From the NCBI GenBank assembly GCA_030704615.1, contig CM060732.1:14322001-14386000 (forward strand): a stretch of DNA of 64,000 nt. The letters run 5' to 3'. The stretch's first letter is position 1. The number at the start of each line of letters is the position of its first letter. The notes beneath the pieces were generated by a model that searched no databases, was not told where the DNA came from, and saw nothing but the letters and a program-made list of their open reading frames with translations. Origin of the DNA: Takakia lepidozioides (Eukaryota > Plantae > Bryophyta). Both the position numbers and the translations under genes were made by a program. Shown piece by piece: positions 51,290 to 63,194 of the stretch.

Positions 51290-52752
51290 CGAGCTCTCAC
51301 ATCCACTGTCAGTTCACAACATCCATGCACACATTCAAGTACAACGCCACGCAGCACTTCATACACGCAAGCGCAGCTACGGCGTGAGCCTAGCCGCGTG
51401 AGCCCAGGAGCTCGGCTCACGCTTTGCCCTCTAAGCGTGAGCCCAGGGGTTTAGTGGAGGAAGAAGCAGGCCGCATACCCGAATAATCTATTTAGAGAGG
51501 GTCCTATTGTCGTGGAAGCAGTTATAGCGCTTAAAAAAAGAGGTATAGAAAACATGGAATGGTCATTGTGAAAGTTACTGAGGTTTTCTTATTGAAGAAG
51601 AGGTGAAATAAAAGGTTGGGTGAGTCATCATGAATCTTACTTAGGGATTCTTGCATGAACAAGAGGCAAGAAAAGTTTGGATGCTCATTGTCAAGCTATC
51701 TGACGTTTCCAATATTTCATCCATGGTGGATGAATGATGGATGGATGAAATATTGAAGGAGAGGATTAAAATAATGAGGATGGGCAAGAACAGGCCCCAA
51801 AATATGACCACTCATTGTGAAATAGACAATGGTTTTTATTAATGTAGATAAGGTGAAAATTTGACAGATGACCATCTACAAGTTTATTTAGGATTTGTTT
51901 GTGAAGAAGAGGTGAAAAAAAGTTGAGCTCTATCATTGTCAAACTTCTTCAGGATTCTATTATAATAGAAGAGGTTGTCAAGTTAAATAAGCATAGTGTG
52001 AAACTAGCTAGAATAAAGCTAGTTATTTGTATTTAACACTTGGATTTAGGTCAAGTGTTAAATCAGGTGTCAAGTTTAGTTTGACACCCGACCCGTCTTA
52101 TCTTCACGAGAGCGGCAGTCGCGCGGCTCATCTCTCTCGAGTTGAGCCTGCGCGACCGAGCTCCTTCATCGTGTAGGACTGAGTGTGCTCATGATGGGAG
52201 TGTAGGTTGTTGTGGGGTGGAGTCCCCACAGCTTGGGGTGCCCCTGGCTCGACTTCTATTCTAAAGAGTGATGGTTTTGGTTGTCATGTTTTGTATCAAC
52301 AGTGTGTACTTAGCTTTTCTATCACTCGAGAGAGATGACTCTATCTAGTTTTCCAGTGCTAAGCTAGATATGATGTTTTTGTTTTTAAGCACTATTATAG
52401 TAGAGATGGTCGCCAGAGGCCAATGCTTTGCAGTTCGAATCCGGAGCGTTCTTCTTCAACGAGTGGTAGCTCGGCGTCCACAGCATGCTGCTCAAACAAA
52501 GAGTAGCCCATCTAGAATCGCAGCATGTTGGAGAAGCTTGAGGAGTCGCGCCAGTGAAGCTACTGGCGAGGTGCGAGGTGCGTGTGGTGATCCGGTAACT
52601 GGCCCAGGCGTATGGAGAGGCTGCGGGGGCGTGGTGTCAGTGGCGCCGGGGGTCTTCTCGTTGAGGGCCTTTGCTGGGCTTTGTGTTGAGCAGGCCAGTG
52701 GGCTTGTTGGGGGAGAAGGATTATGTGGGCTGTGCATAAGGGGTACTAGCTG

Positions 52753-52840
52753 GGCAGCAGTGAAAGTATCGTAGTAGATGGTATAAATGTTAAGAGTTCC
52801 ATTTGTCCCTACAAAAACGGGCCCATCGTGATAAGGCACA
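52753..52840 (-). pseudogene. Captured Phi-1/EXORDIUM-like fragment
   Basis: YHDGPVFVG..LNIYTIYYDTFTAAQ fits the Phi-1 N-terminal YHxGPxL...IWYGxF...Q pattern. Confidence 0.6.
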
Positions 52841-52989
52841 ACGATGGGGGTTGGGTTTACAAGGAACTTAGAACTCCCTATAGCTGTCGCAGTGGTCAGA
52901 TGAATCGTGCTAAGAGTGCGAAGCCAGACAACGGGCTTTTAACCTTCGAGACTCCTCACAGTGGCGTTGAGCTCACTCAAACTGAAGTC

Positions 52990-53305
52990 GGCGTGGAGAG
53001 CAAACCCACATGGAAATGGAGGTTGGTTATCTCCTATGATGGCACCAATTACTCAGGGTGGCGACTGTAGTCAAGGGCAAACGGTGTGACAGTGCAGTAC
53101 TTGGTAGAGGATGCACTGGCCAAGGTGACCAGATGCACACGTGATCAGCTGCTTCTTTGCGCTACAGGCCGCACAGATGCTGGTGTTCATGCCTGGGGTC
53201 AGGTGGCTCATTTTGTGACTCCATATTGCTTTGACCAGTTACAATTCTCGCATACATCCCTGAATGGCATTCTGCCCTATGACATTCGAGTACGAGGGGT
53301 GTCCA
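52990..53305 (+). pseudogene. Captured TruA-family tRNA pseudouridine synthase fragment, intronless
   Basis: [42 protein letters not shown]; one stop. Confidence 0.88.
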
Positions 53306-53540
53306 CAGTGAGGGCAATGGCCTTAAAACCTGCACGCTTTGCTCGGCGTACCAATTGTGCAACCACATTTCTGCCCTTGTATACGTAAAGCTGGAAGAAG
53401 CGGATGCCAGGACCTACTGATGCAACCTCTTCAACACTGCTGGTTGCCCAGGATGACAGGGTCATGACTGTGCCAGCAGCAGATACTGCTCTTGCAGTGG
53501 CCAGCTCACCGTCAGGGTGAGCCATCCTCTGCACGGCAAG
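53288..53540 (-). pseudogene. GOX: Captured glycolate oxidase ((S)-2-hydroxy-acid oxidase) fragment, intronless
   Basis: [58 protein letters not shown]. Confidence 0.92.
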
Positions 53541-53924
53541 ACTTGTCGAGCCTGGTTGCAAGGCTGACAGACCATCGGAAGATTCACCTAATGAGGACGA
53601 TGCTATTTCCGACCGACGCAAGTTAGAGAAAGACATTGACGGATCAAGAGAAGACAACCCTGAGACAGGCTGCGAAGCTAAAGCTGGAGGAGAGGAGAAA
53701 GCTGCGGAATCGGAGACCAAAGGGGGTATCTGTACCATTTGACTAATATTAGGGGAAGCAAAAGTAAAGGTGAAGACCGCAAGGAGAGTACGAGGCTGCA
53801 GGCCGTGTCAAGAGAGAAAGGGCGGACAATGCCGTGTAATCTTCCTGTGAGACAGAGAGGGTACAATGACGAAAGACTTTAAAAAAAAGGAGACCAACTA
53901 GAATTTGATGCTGAATCTAAAAAA

Positions 53925-54115
53925 GAGATGGTGGCAACATCAGACTCAAGCCAGCCACTGAGATCAGCAGCGCGCTTGTTCCACAACACACAGCGCATGT
54001 TACAATCAACAGCAAACGCAGGAACCGGCAGCTCATCGACATAGACAAACGCATCAGTGCCGAGGGCTTTCTCCCCCGTAACTGGAATGGGCCGGGGACC
54101 CGCAAGCTCCAGCAC
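53925..54115 (-). pseudogene. Captured PAS-domain fragment
   Basis: VDELPVPAFAVDCNMRCVLWNKRAADLSGW follows the PAS pattern (AVD..WN..AxxLxG). Confidence 0.6.
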
Positions 54116-54738
54116 AAAGTCCAGTGCTTCCGCTGGTAATCCTCCTCAGTGAGTTTATCGTTAGCCACCAAGGCCTCGAACAGACTGTGAGTGACCCCTC
54201 GCCTGTACATGGCGTCCATAAACATGTCTTTCCTCCCCCTCTCTTGGTGCGCAAGCCTGCAAGCAATCACGGAATGTTGACACCACTCTCTCTCACAGCA
54301 AGACACTACTGAGTGCCACAGTTCCCTGGATGTTGGAGCAAGGTGTGAATTATAGGGCACGTGGCCAGGGAACCTAGGAAACCAATAGAACGTAGGGAAC
54401 CTGGGAACCAGTTACCAGATAGTTTGGGTGTAACTTTAAATTTTTAAATTTGAAAACCTTAAAAATAAAAATAAAACAGGGCATTTTGATCTAATTTAAA
54501 TGATTTAAAGCCAAATTGGTCATATCTTTGTCAAATGGACTCTGTTTGACCCAGTTTTTGGGGGGATAGCTGCAGAAAGGGGATATCTACCTATCTAGAC
54601 CTGGTTTTTTGTTTTTGGGACTCTGCTAGAAATCTATGGAATTTTTAGAGTGTGAGTGTGCCATGAAAGATCCACAATCCTGTTTCTAGAACCTGTTCTG
54701 GTCTACATGAGAGATAAATTTGGGGATGTACTCCTTGT

Positions 54739-55503
54739 ATGGCTGGGGGAAATGAGGACGTAATTGAAGGGCAGGTCTTTTCTCTTAGCCTGTGCACACA
54801 AGGGGACAAGATTTATGTTTCCCAAGGAACTCAGACTGATTTGAGTGGAGAACAGTTGGACGAGTTGATTGCATACTGGGAGTCAGGCATTAGCAATAGA
54901 CAACAGACTGCTGTAGTTGGCATTGAGGGCCTCAATATCGCCTTGGACAGTCAGAACTCTGTTGGAGCCAGCAATTCTGCAGCTGTAGGTGAAATACCAA
55001 AGTGGGTGAAAGCTAGGCTTGGAACACAGCCAAAGACAGCCCCGGGGACCAAGGTGTTCAGCCACAAGGCCGTGGTGTACTGGAGCAGAGGAGCAGGAGC
55101 TACACAAGTTTGTGCAATCGGACATGGTTGCAGCCGGATACGCTCTGCACAGGGCAACCACGAGCGGGGGTTCATTAGCAATGACATGTTTGTTGTACGT
55201 GAAGGAGATGCAGTCATTCGCAATGAGGACACCCGCAACCGTCTCAAAGCTTTCGAGTTGAGAGACTATCAGACCCTACCTTTGTTTTCCTTAGTGTTCA
55301 GTGAGCGGGAGATAGGGGAGTATTGCTTTGTCTCTACCTGGCAGAAAGAGGAGGAGGGTTGGTTAGAGCGAGCTACTGTAGCTTGGGACAAGGTTAGTGG
55401 CAGGTTTCTGGACATAGATATACCTCCTACACCTTTACCATCATGCAGAGCGAGGCACTTTGAGAGAAGTCTGGCAGTAGTTGATAGCATAGATCAGGAT
55501 TAG
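54739..55503 (+). CDS. Orphan 254-aa ORF inside the retrotransposon, upstream of the PBS
   Basis: ATG-initiated, uninterrupted, protein-like composition; no family recognised. Confidence 0.4.
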   Translation: MAGGNEDVIEGQVFSLSLCTQGDKIYVSQGTQTDLSGEQLDELIAYWESGISNRQQTAVVGIEGLNIALDSQNSVGASNSAAVGEIPKWVKARLGTQPKTAPGTKVFSHKAVVYWSRGAGATQVCAIGHGCSRIRSAQGNHERGFISNDMFVVREGDAVIRNEDTRNRLKAFELRDYQTLPLFSLVFSEREIGEYCFVSTWQKEEEGWLERATVAWDKVSGRFLDIDIPPTPLPSCRARHFERSLAVVDSIDQD

Positions 55504-56227
55504 ATCTTGCTTGGTCGGGCTTCTATTCTTCCCCTCCATCTCTGTACTATTTCATTACCTTGTACTTGTAGTTGCCAAAGCCTCTCTTGGTGGAGGCCAG
55601 TCAGTCCGGGTTTTGGGCTGGGGCTATTCTGCAGGATCAGCATTGCAGCTGGATTTTGGTGGGGGGGTGTTGATGTTTTGATTTCTTGTATTGGATCCCC
55701 CCAACACCTGCATGCTTGACTGTGCGCCATGTTGGTTTTGTGTGGGCGCTTGCTTTCATAGGGATTAGGCCGGATTTGATCACCGGTCAATCCTAGAGTA
55801 TGCTGTGGTTGTGAGGCTGGAGTGATGACCAGAAAGACCACCAGTGTTTCTTCTATGGTGAGGCTGGGTTGATGACCAGCCAACCATAGGAGTTCTTGCG
55901 GTGGATGTAGGTGCAGGTGCCCTGAGCCATTGGGATATGACCCTTAAACTGCAACAGGTACCCACCCGTGTCACTATTAGATTAGTACTAGAGCCTTATA
56001 GTGTCACGTGGAGGAGGTGCACATTGTGAGTGTCATTACGGAGTTACCCAAGGGTTTTGAGGGGAGTACGGCTACAGGCAGGCAGTAACAGTGAGAGTGG
56101 GTTCACAAGACGAGGTATTTGGTTCAGACCACCTTCACCGCCACCCTCAATTATGTAGAGTCAGACATAGACTCGGAGGCTTCATCAACAGGTGTGCACT
56201 TTCATTCGCCATTGTTGTGGGACGACA

Positions 56228-57480
56228 TGGAGGAGATGTATGGAGCTACCAAGGGGCCTCGTAGGTACTCTAGAGCTGTGGGCACAATCGAGTTGGATGA
56301 CTTTATCTAGGAGTTCGACAGCTGGTGTGATTTGCAGCAGATGCGCAATCCACAGCTATTCACCCCATTCATGGCGTGGAAGGGACTGTTCCAGCATTTG
56401 GAAGGCCCGCCTATGGACGATTACCACGAGTTCAGGCGAGGACATGAAGCAGAGATTGAGGAGTGGAGGATGTATTGGTCACCTGACTACGTCTCCATTA
56501 CTCGAGGCACGACGTGACCAGTAGCTGCATCAGTACCAATAGCTCCCACTGCCAGCACTAGTAGTGGAGCAAGTAGTGCTGGTATTCTGCAGGTGGTACC
56601 AGTTCAAAAGGTGCTACTACTCCTCCTGCCACGACTACAACACATGTGCCTAGATTCAACCGGTGGTGGAGTTCTTCCAGGAGTTGCGGAGGAACTACCA
56701 AGGTGTACGGACAGAGAAGCTGCCAAAGTTTGCAAGACTTCCAGCGCAAACCCAGTGAGAGCCTGCGAGAGGCGTACACTCGTATGAGGCGCTTGATAAG
56801 TGTGACCCAAGGGGTTACTGAAGCTCAGGCAATCCAGTTTTGGTATGGAATTTGGACAAGGAGCTCAAGAGAAGGGTGCGAGATGCAACCCTGTTACAAG
56901 CAGCCCAACCCACATTAGCAGATGTGTTTCTGCTGGCTGAGCGGATTGAGCTCAACATGGTGGAGGAGCGAGTTATTACAATTGGATTGGCAAGGACATG
57001 CCTGCACGGGGCACAGCTGTCAGCCTACAGGCACAAGGGACTGCCCAACAGCGTGGTCAGGGGGCAAGGTTGCCCAGCCCAAGTTCCATGGAGCTTACAG
57101 GGGACCTCAGGTGCAGAGGCCCGTGGCATCTTTTGCAGGCCAACAGCAACCAGGGGTGATATGTTGGACATGTGGAGGACCCCATGTCAAGAGAGATTGC
57201 CCAGAGAGTGGAAAAAGGCTGGCACAAGCACAACCTGCACAGTTGCAGTGTGGGCATTGTGGCAAGTATGGGCATGGAGATGCCAGTGTTATGACTTGCA
57301 TCTTGAGTTGCGCCCAGGCCAGTTCCAAGGGAACAATGGTGGCCGGGGGCGAGGTGGACCAGCCCAAAGAGACGAGGTGGTCGGGCACGAGGTGCAGGCC
57401 AAGGGCAAGCTCCACATGGCCAAGGACGCGGAGGTCAGGGTGTTGACCAAGGCATGGCCAATCGGCTTCAGCAGCTAGAG
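56228..57480 (+). pseudogene. Gag with two zinc knuckles
   Basis: LDDFI*EFDSWC, FQRKPSESLREAYTRMRRL..QFWYG, CWTCGGPHVKRDC, CGHCGKYGH. Confidence 0.8.
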
Positions 57481-58224
57481 CAGAGGCTCGCTGCCATGGC
57501 TATAGCTCAGGCAGTACCGGCTCCCAGGCGGGATGGTCCACCTCCTGCTCCTGAGGGAGGAGATATGGGAGGCATGGGATTCATGTGCGGAGCAGCACTA
57601 CCACTAGAGCAAGTGGAGTCTGCTGCAGCCGTGACTCGAGGAGCAGCACGAGTTCCTGAGCCACGAGGTGCAGAGGTGGAGTTGGATCCACAACGTGGGG
57701 AGGCAAGCCGTCAGGCAAGGCTGCCTCAGTCATTCACCTTGGCGGAGACAGTGTCAACGCCATCCATGGCACCTAGTTCTCGCCCGACTATTACCGAGGC
57801 GGAGGTTTCTATGCCATTGGGGAGAGCTACACGTGCAGCACTGACACCTGCTGCCAAGGCTAGTGCGGCCGGTGTGTTATTGGGGGCAGCCACCTCTGTG
57901 TGTCAGGCCCCACTGTTCTCGGCAACAATGATTGCGACGCCGGGGATGAGACTAGCTGCAGTGTTCCGACTAGCAGCAACACTCTGTGAGAGTGGGAAGA
58001 TCACTTCATCTTCTGCGGAGTTAGTGGAAGGTGTAGTGGCAGAGGGATCCTCGGATTTGAGGGTCAAGACTGCCACGGCTGCGCCCTGGCAAGCTGCAGC
58101 TGTCAGGTTGATGGAGCTGCCATCTAGGCCAGCCTTTGAGCGCGCCATGGTGACACCTGGAGTTGTCTTATTAGACAACCAGGGAGGCATTTTCACTTTG
58201 AGTGGACCGGCAGGCAGAAGAAGT

Positions 58225-58560
58225 ACCGGCCACTGCGGGTCTTGTTGGACTCGGGAGCTCAGCCACTGATGTTGGGCAGAGCTGCTATTGCAGGTTTGGG
58301 CCTCATGGAGGCGGATATGGAGCCTTGTCCTTTCCAGATACAGACATCTCTGGGAGGATCAGAGCAGGCTCGGGGCATGACACGGCATTAGTTGGCCATT
58401 AGACTGCGGCCGGATCATCCTATCGATGGCTCAGTAATGCGAGCCGAGGCCATTGTGACAGACGCAGTCTCTTACGAAGTCCTCGTTGGTGGGGCAGTGT
58501 TATACCCCATGGGCTTCACCCTGGACTTTTGGGAGGAGTCAGCATCCTACAGGCCTGGAT
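58225..58560 (+). pseudogene. Retroviral-like aspartic protease
   Basis: RVLLDSGAQPLMLG at ~58236; YEVLVGGAVL near 58475-58500. Confidence 0.75.
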
Positions 58561-58959
58561 GGTAGTCAGGCAATGGTCGCCGTGCACAGCTCCCTGTGAC
58601 ATTCATTGGGGGTATAGCGGCTGCCCAGCGGGGCAAGATGCCAACACTAGCCGCCTTTACAGCTGCAGTTAGTTGGCCTGGAGAGTTGCTGGAAGGCAAT
58701 GCCCATGCAGAGGATGTGCCACCTCCAGCAGAGCAGGATGACATGCATGGTATGGCGGAGTTGTCTGCCATGGCTGCTCACACTCCATTGTGGGGTACGA
58801 GCAAGGATTTGCAGCAGGTTGCTGATCGACGGGTGCAACAAGCCTGGGTAGAGGCTTTTGTACCGTCAGGAGAGGAGGAGAGTGCGGGTATTGCACCAGG
58901 ACCACCTCAGTTGTCACCATTGGATACCCACACCTATTGTGTGGCAGTATCCGGATGAA

Positions 58960-59910
58960 GGCATTTGCCTTCTGGACTTGTTTGGCGGGATCAGCACCGG
59001 ATTGGCTGCTATGCTACAGGCAGGTGTGCGGGTAAGGCGTTACTTGTATGTGGAGAGGGATGAGACTGCACGACGCGTCTCACTGCGCCATGTTGCTCAG
59101 TTGGTACAGCAGTACCCTGCTTTGTTGCCAGTGTCTGCAGTTCATGGATACCAACAAGCCTTGCCAGCAGACATTTCGTTGCTGGGGGCGCCGGATTTGG
59201 AGCAGGTTGGCTCCATTGATCTGGTAGTGGCAGGTTGGCCCTGCCAATGGCATTCATCAGCCGGGCATGGCAATGGATTGCGAGACTCGAGGACGGGTCT
59301 GTTTGGGAGATGGTGCGGATTTTGCGCCACTTGCAGCTTCATCAAGCTGTATCGCTAGCATACATCTTGGAGAATGTGCCACTGATGGGCGATTCTTGGG
59401 CCAGGGTGATGGCCAGTGTGCATCAAGTCCGGTCGTGGCTTGGGTCAGCAGTGCTGCTAGATGCAGCTGCAGTGGGATCACGGGCTCATCGTCCATGGCT
59501 ATGGTGGACTAACTTGCTGCCACCCGCACTGCTCAAGCGTGCATTTGATGGGGTGGAGCGGCCAACACACCTCATAGTGGACAGCATTTTGGACACAGGG
59601 AGGCAGTCTCAACGTGTGAGACACGATGACCGTTCGCCTTTGGCAGTGGTCAACAGGGTGGGTCAACCACGAGCAGCATTACCTACACTGCTCAGCTTCC
59701 AGGATCCCATGCTTTTCGGGATGGTGGACCTGGCCTCCTGTAGGATGCTCAGTTGCAGCAGTTAGTGGAGCCTAATGCCGACGAGCGAGAGCGGGCTATG
59801 GGGTTTTCCACTGGGACCACAGCGGTGCTTTCTCTTTCTGGGGCATCACGGCGTCAGGTGTTGGGGCAAGCAATGGATCTCAATTGCTTGACCTGGATTA
59901 TCAACTTGGC
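58960..59910 (+). pseudogene. C5 cytosine DNA methyltransferase domain (DNMT3-like), inside pol
   Basis: Motif I LDLFGG, II YVERD, IV VAGWPCQ, VI YILENV, VIII DAAAVGSRAHRP.LWWTN, IX ERERAMGF, X RRQVLGQAM; canonical order, a few frameshifts. Confidence 0.92.
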
Positions 59911-60366
59911 TATGGCTGAGCAATGTAGAGTGCGGAGTGCACTCCCCTTCATGGTCTCTCTGCCTACCGAGATGGTACAGGCAGCGAGTGGGGGCGAGCC
60001 GGTGAGGACCACGGGGTGTAGACATCCATGGCACATGTGGGAGGTGCTCGAGGTTCAGAGGGAGTTGGCAGCCAAGGCAGCTGTGATGGATGAGGTTGGG
60101 GATTCTTCTCGGGTTGAGGAGGTTCTCAATGATGAGATGATGGGGCAGGATGAGGCCTTGTCATTGACTGAGCAGGAAGGGAGTACTGCTCAAGAGGTTG
60201 CAGCATAGCAACCACGGGATGCGTCCTCTACCTCTAAGCCCACTGGACTTAAGGTTGCAGTTACGGAGGACAATTGGGAGCCTGACATTGGACCCATTGT
60301 CACCGGAGGAGAGAGACGACGTATACAGGGTTCCTGAGGGCTTACAGGAATTGCTTTGCCTTCAGT

Positions 60367-61700
60367 TTGAAGGACTTGGGAGCACTGAAGGGTCAAGAGA
60401 TCCGTATTGAGTTGGCCACTGACACGCCAATCTTTCGGAGACCCTATAGATACAGTGACATGGAGAGGTCTTTGATTCAGATGAGGACTCAAGATCTCTG
60501 GGAGGCAGGTTTGGTGGAGCTCTCTGGTGGAGAGTATGCTTCAGCCACAGTGATGCCAGCCAAAAAAAATGTCTATGGCAATTGGACGGAGAGACGTATG
60601 TGCGGTGATTACCGGCCTGTAAATCGTCAGACCAAGTCCGATAGGTATGCCATGCCGACACCAGAGGAGATCTTTGATGTCATTGGGCATTCCAAGGTCT
60701 TTAGCACGTTGGATTTACGATCCGGATATCACCAGTTGCCGATCAAGGAGGCGGATAAGCAAAAGAAGGCATTCTGGGGGATCAATGAGCACGGGAAGGA
60801 TTGCCTATACCAGTGGCGGTTCTTACCATTTGGGCTTAAAAATGCTCCCGCTGAGTTTCAAAGAGTCATAGACAGGATTCTAGCAGGGGTGGAGTTTGCT
60901 CGGTGCTACATAGATGACATCATCATCTTTAGTGCTACGGTGGAGGAGCATGAGAGACACCTTCAGGGGGTATTTGAGCGCTTGAGGGCGCACGGATTGA
61001 AGTTACATCCGGGAAAGTGCAAGTTTTTCCACAACCAGATTGAGTATCTGGGTCACATGATATATCCTGGAGGATTGGGGTACAGCAGACTAAGGTAGAG
61101 TAAAATGCACAGGTTCCACGCCCCACGGATGTGAGCCGAGTTCGAGCTTTCATGGGGTTAGCAAACTATTATAGACGGTTTGTTAAGGGATTTAGTGCCA
61201 TTGCAAAGGCTCTAACCAAGCTGACCAAGGTGGACCAGGAGTGGCAGTGGGAAGATGAGCAAGAACAAGCTTTTCAAGAGCTCAAGGCGAGGTTGACCTC
61301 GACGCCCATCTTGAGATGACCTATCAGGGGGCGTCCTTTTCAGCTGCATACAGATTGGAGCATGCTGGGGCTTGGAGTGGTGCTCACACAGGTGGATGAT
61401 GAGGGAAGAGAGTTCGTAGTGGCTTATGCTAGCCGCTCGAACAACGCTGCAGAGTCTAAGTATAGCTCATATGAGGGAGAATGCTTAGCTGCAGTGTGGG
61501 CCGTGGCACACTTCAGGTGCTATCTATACGGCAATCTCTTCACCCTTGTCACGGATCACCAACCACTCAAATGGTTGATGGAGTCAGACAAGCTTACGGG
61601 GAAGCTTGCACGGTGGGCACTCATCCTTCAAGAGTATGACTTTCAGGTGATGCATTGACCGGGTTTGGTCAATCGCAATGCAGATGGGTTGAGTCGCAAT
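60367..61700 (+). pseudogene. Ty3/Gypsy reverse transcriptase and RNase H
   Basis: RMCGDYRPVN, LDLRSGYHQ, PFGLKNAP, YIDDIII, FMGLANYYRRF, HTDWS, YEGECLA, TDHQPL, NADGLSR. Confidence 0.95.
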
Positions 61701-61899
61701 CCATGCACGAGCCAACAGGATGACACTGGAGCTCGGTGGCATGGTGAGACGGACGAGGAGATGGTGCCCGGATGACATGCATCTGCATTTCTGTGTATCT
61801 TGGCAGCGGAAGGCCAGGTTGGACCTGCAACAGGGATGACTGTAGATCAAGTGTCTGAGGATCCTGAGGCCAGCAATGAGCAAGGTGGCGCCAAAGATA

Positions 61900-62950
61900 T
61901 ACATGAGGATTCAGTTGTGTTGGACTACCTCCGCACTGGAGACACGGCAGCCACTATGACTGCCAAGGAGAGGGATCGGATCCTACAACAAGCCAAGAGG
62001 TTCAAGTGGGAGGGGACACACCTGCTCCAAGTGTGGGAGGATGGTCGAGTGAGGATTGTGCCTCACCCAACACAGCGGGCACGGTTAGTGCGCCATGCCC
62101 ATGAGGAGTTGGGGCATTTTGGGGTGCGACGCACTCATAGTCTACTGCAGGGGCAATATTGGTGGCGTGGTATGCACACAGAGGTGCAACAATTTGTGGC
62201 TAGGTGCATGGTGTGTGACAGGGTGCGTGCTTCATTCAACGCCCCTACTCCACAATTGCACCCTCTTCTGATCATGGGATTGGGCTACAGGTGGAGCCTT
62301 GACTTCGCAGGGCCGTTGCCACTGACCATGCGCCACAACAAGTACGTGTTGGTGATGGTGGAGCACTTCTCCAAGTGGATTGAATTGGTTCCATTGCCTG
62401 ATAAGGCTAGTGAGGGAGCTGCGTATGCATTCTTGGATTGTGTGCTTAGCCGATTCGGTGCTCCAGCTGAGGTACTCACGGACCAAGGGAGAGAGTTCTT
62501 GGGGGAGCTTCAGGCGTTGTATGACAAGGCCTTTATAGACCACCGCACCACTTCTCGGGATCATCCTGAGGCCGATGGCTTGGCAGAGAGAGTGGTTCAG
62601 ACAGTAAAGAGGGGTTTGCGCAAGTATGGCTTGCAGAAGGGACACCTAGGAGATTGGGACCTTTAGTTACCCTGGTTAGCCATGGGCTATAGGTTCAACA
62701 AGCAAGCATCACTTGCCTCCTTCTCACCATACTTTCTTCTCTTTGGCCGAGAGCCGGATTTGCCTACATCCATTCACAGAGAAGCTGCTACAGTTCTTAA
62801 CCTTGACGATCCGGACGTGTGGGCACGTGCATGTGAGCAGCGTGTAGAGTTGTTCAAGAGAGTCATGCCCATGGCTTTCGAGAACCTTGCCATTGCACAA
62901 CACCGTGATACGTTGATGTATGCGACCATACGTGGTAGGGGCTATCGTCC
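61900..62950 (+). pseudogene. Integrase (H2C2 zinc finger and DDE core)
   Basis: HEELGH..CMVC, WSLDFAGP, LTDQGREF, DGLAER. Confidence 0.95.
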
Positions 62951-63194
62951 TGGGGTTCGGAGATTCAACCCTGGTGACTATGTCTATCTACAGCAGACTG
63001 CTCCTACGACTTTGGATGTGACTGCAGGACGTGTTATTTTGAGGGTTCGAGAGGTCTTGCCCTCAGGCGTCTTGGTCTTGGAGGGTCGGGATGGCATAAC
63101 TTGGAAGGACCATGTGCGTAATTGTGCGCCATGTCACCTTCCGAATGTCGATGGCAAGATTGACCCAAACCTGGCAGTGGTATCTGCAGGTTTG

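Noticed and set aside
51382-51450. Clustered GCGTGAGCC motifs in both orientations
   Set aside because: Could be a DNA transposon subterminus, but no matching end or TSD is visible.
52990-53540. Functional TruA or GOX genes
   Set aside because: Short partial fragments lacking starts and ends, overlapping on opposite strands.
58960-59910. Host DNMT3/DRM gene or bacterial restriction-modification methylase contamination
   Set aside because: Intronless, embedded between protease and RT inside LTR-bounded sequence, and decayed like the rest of pol.
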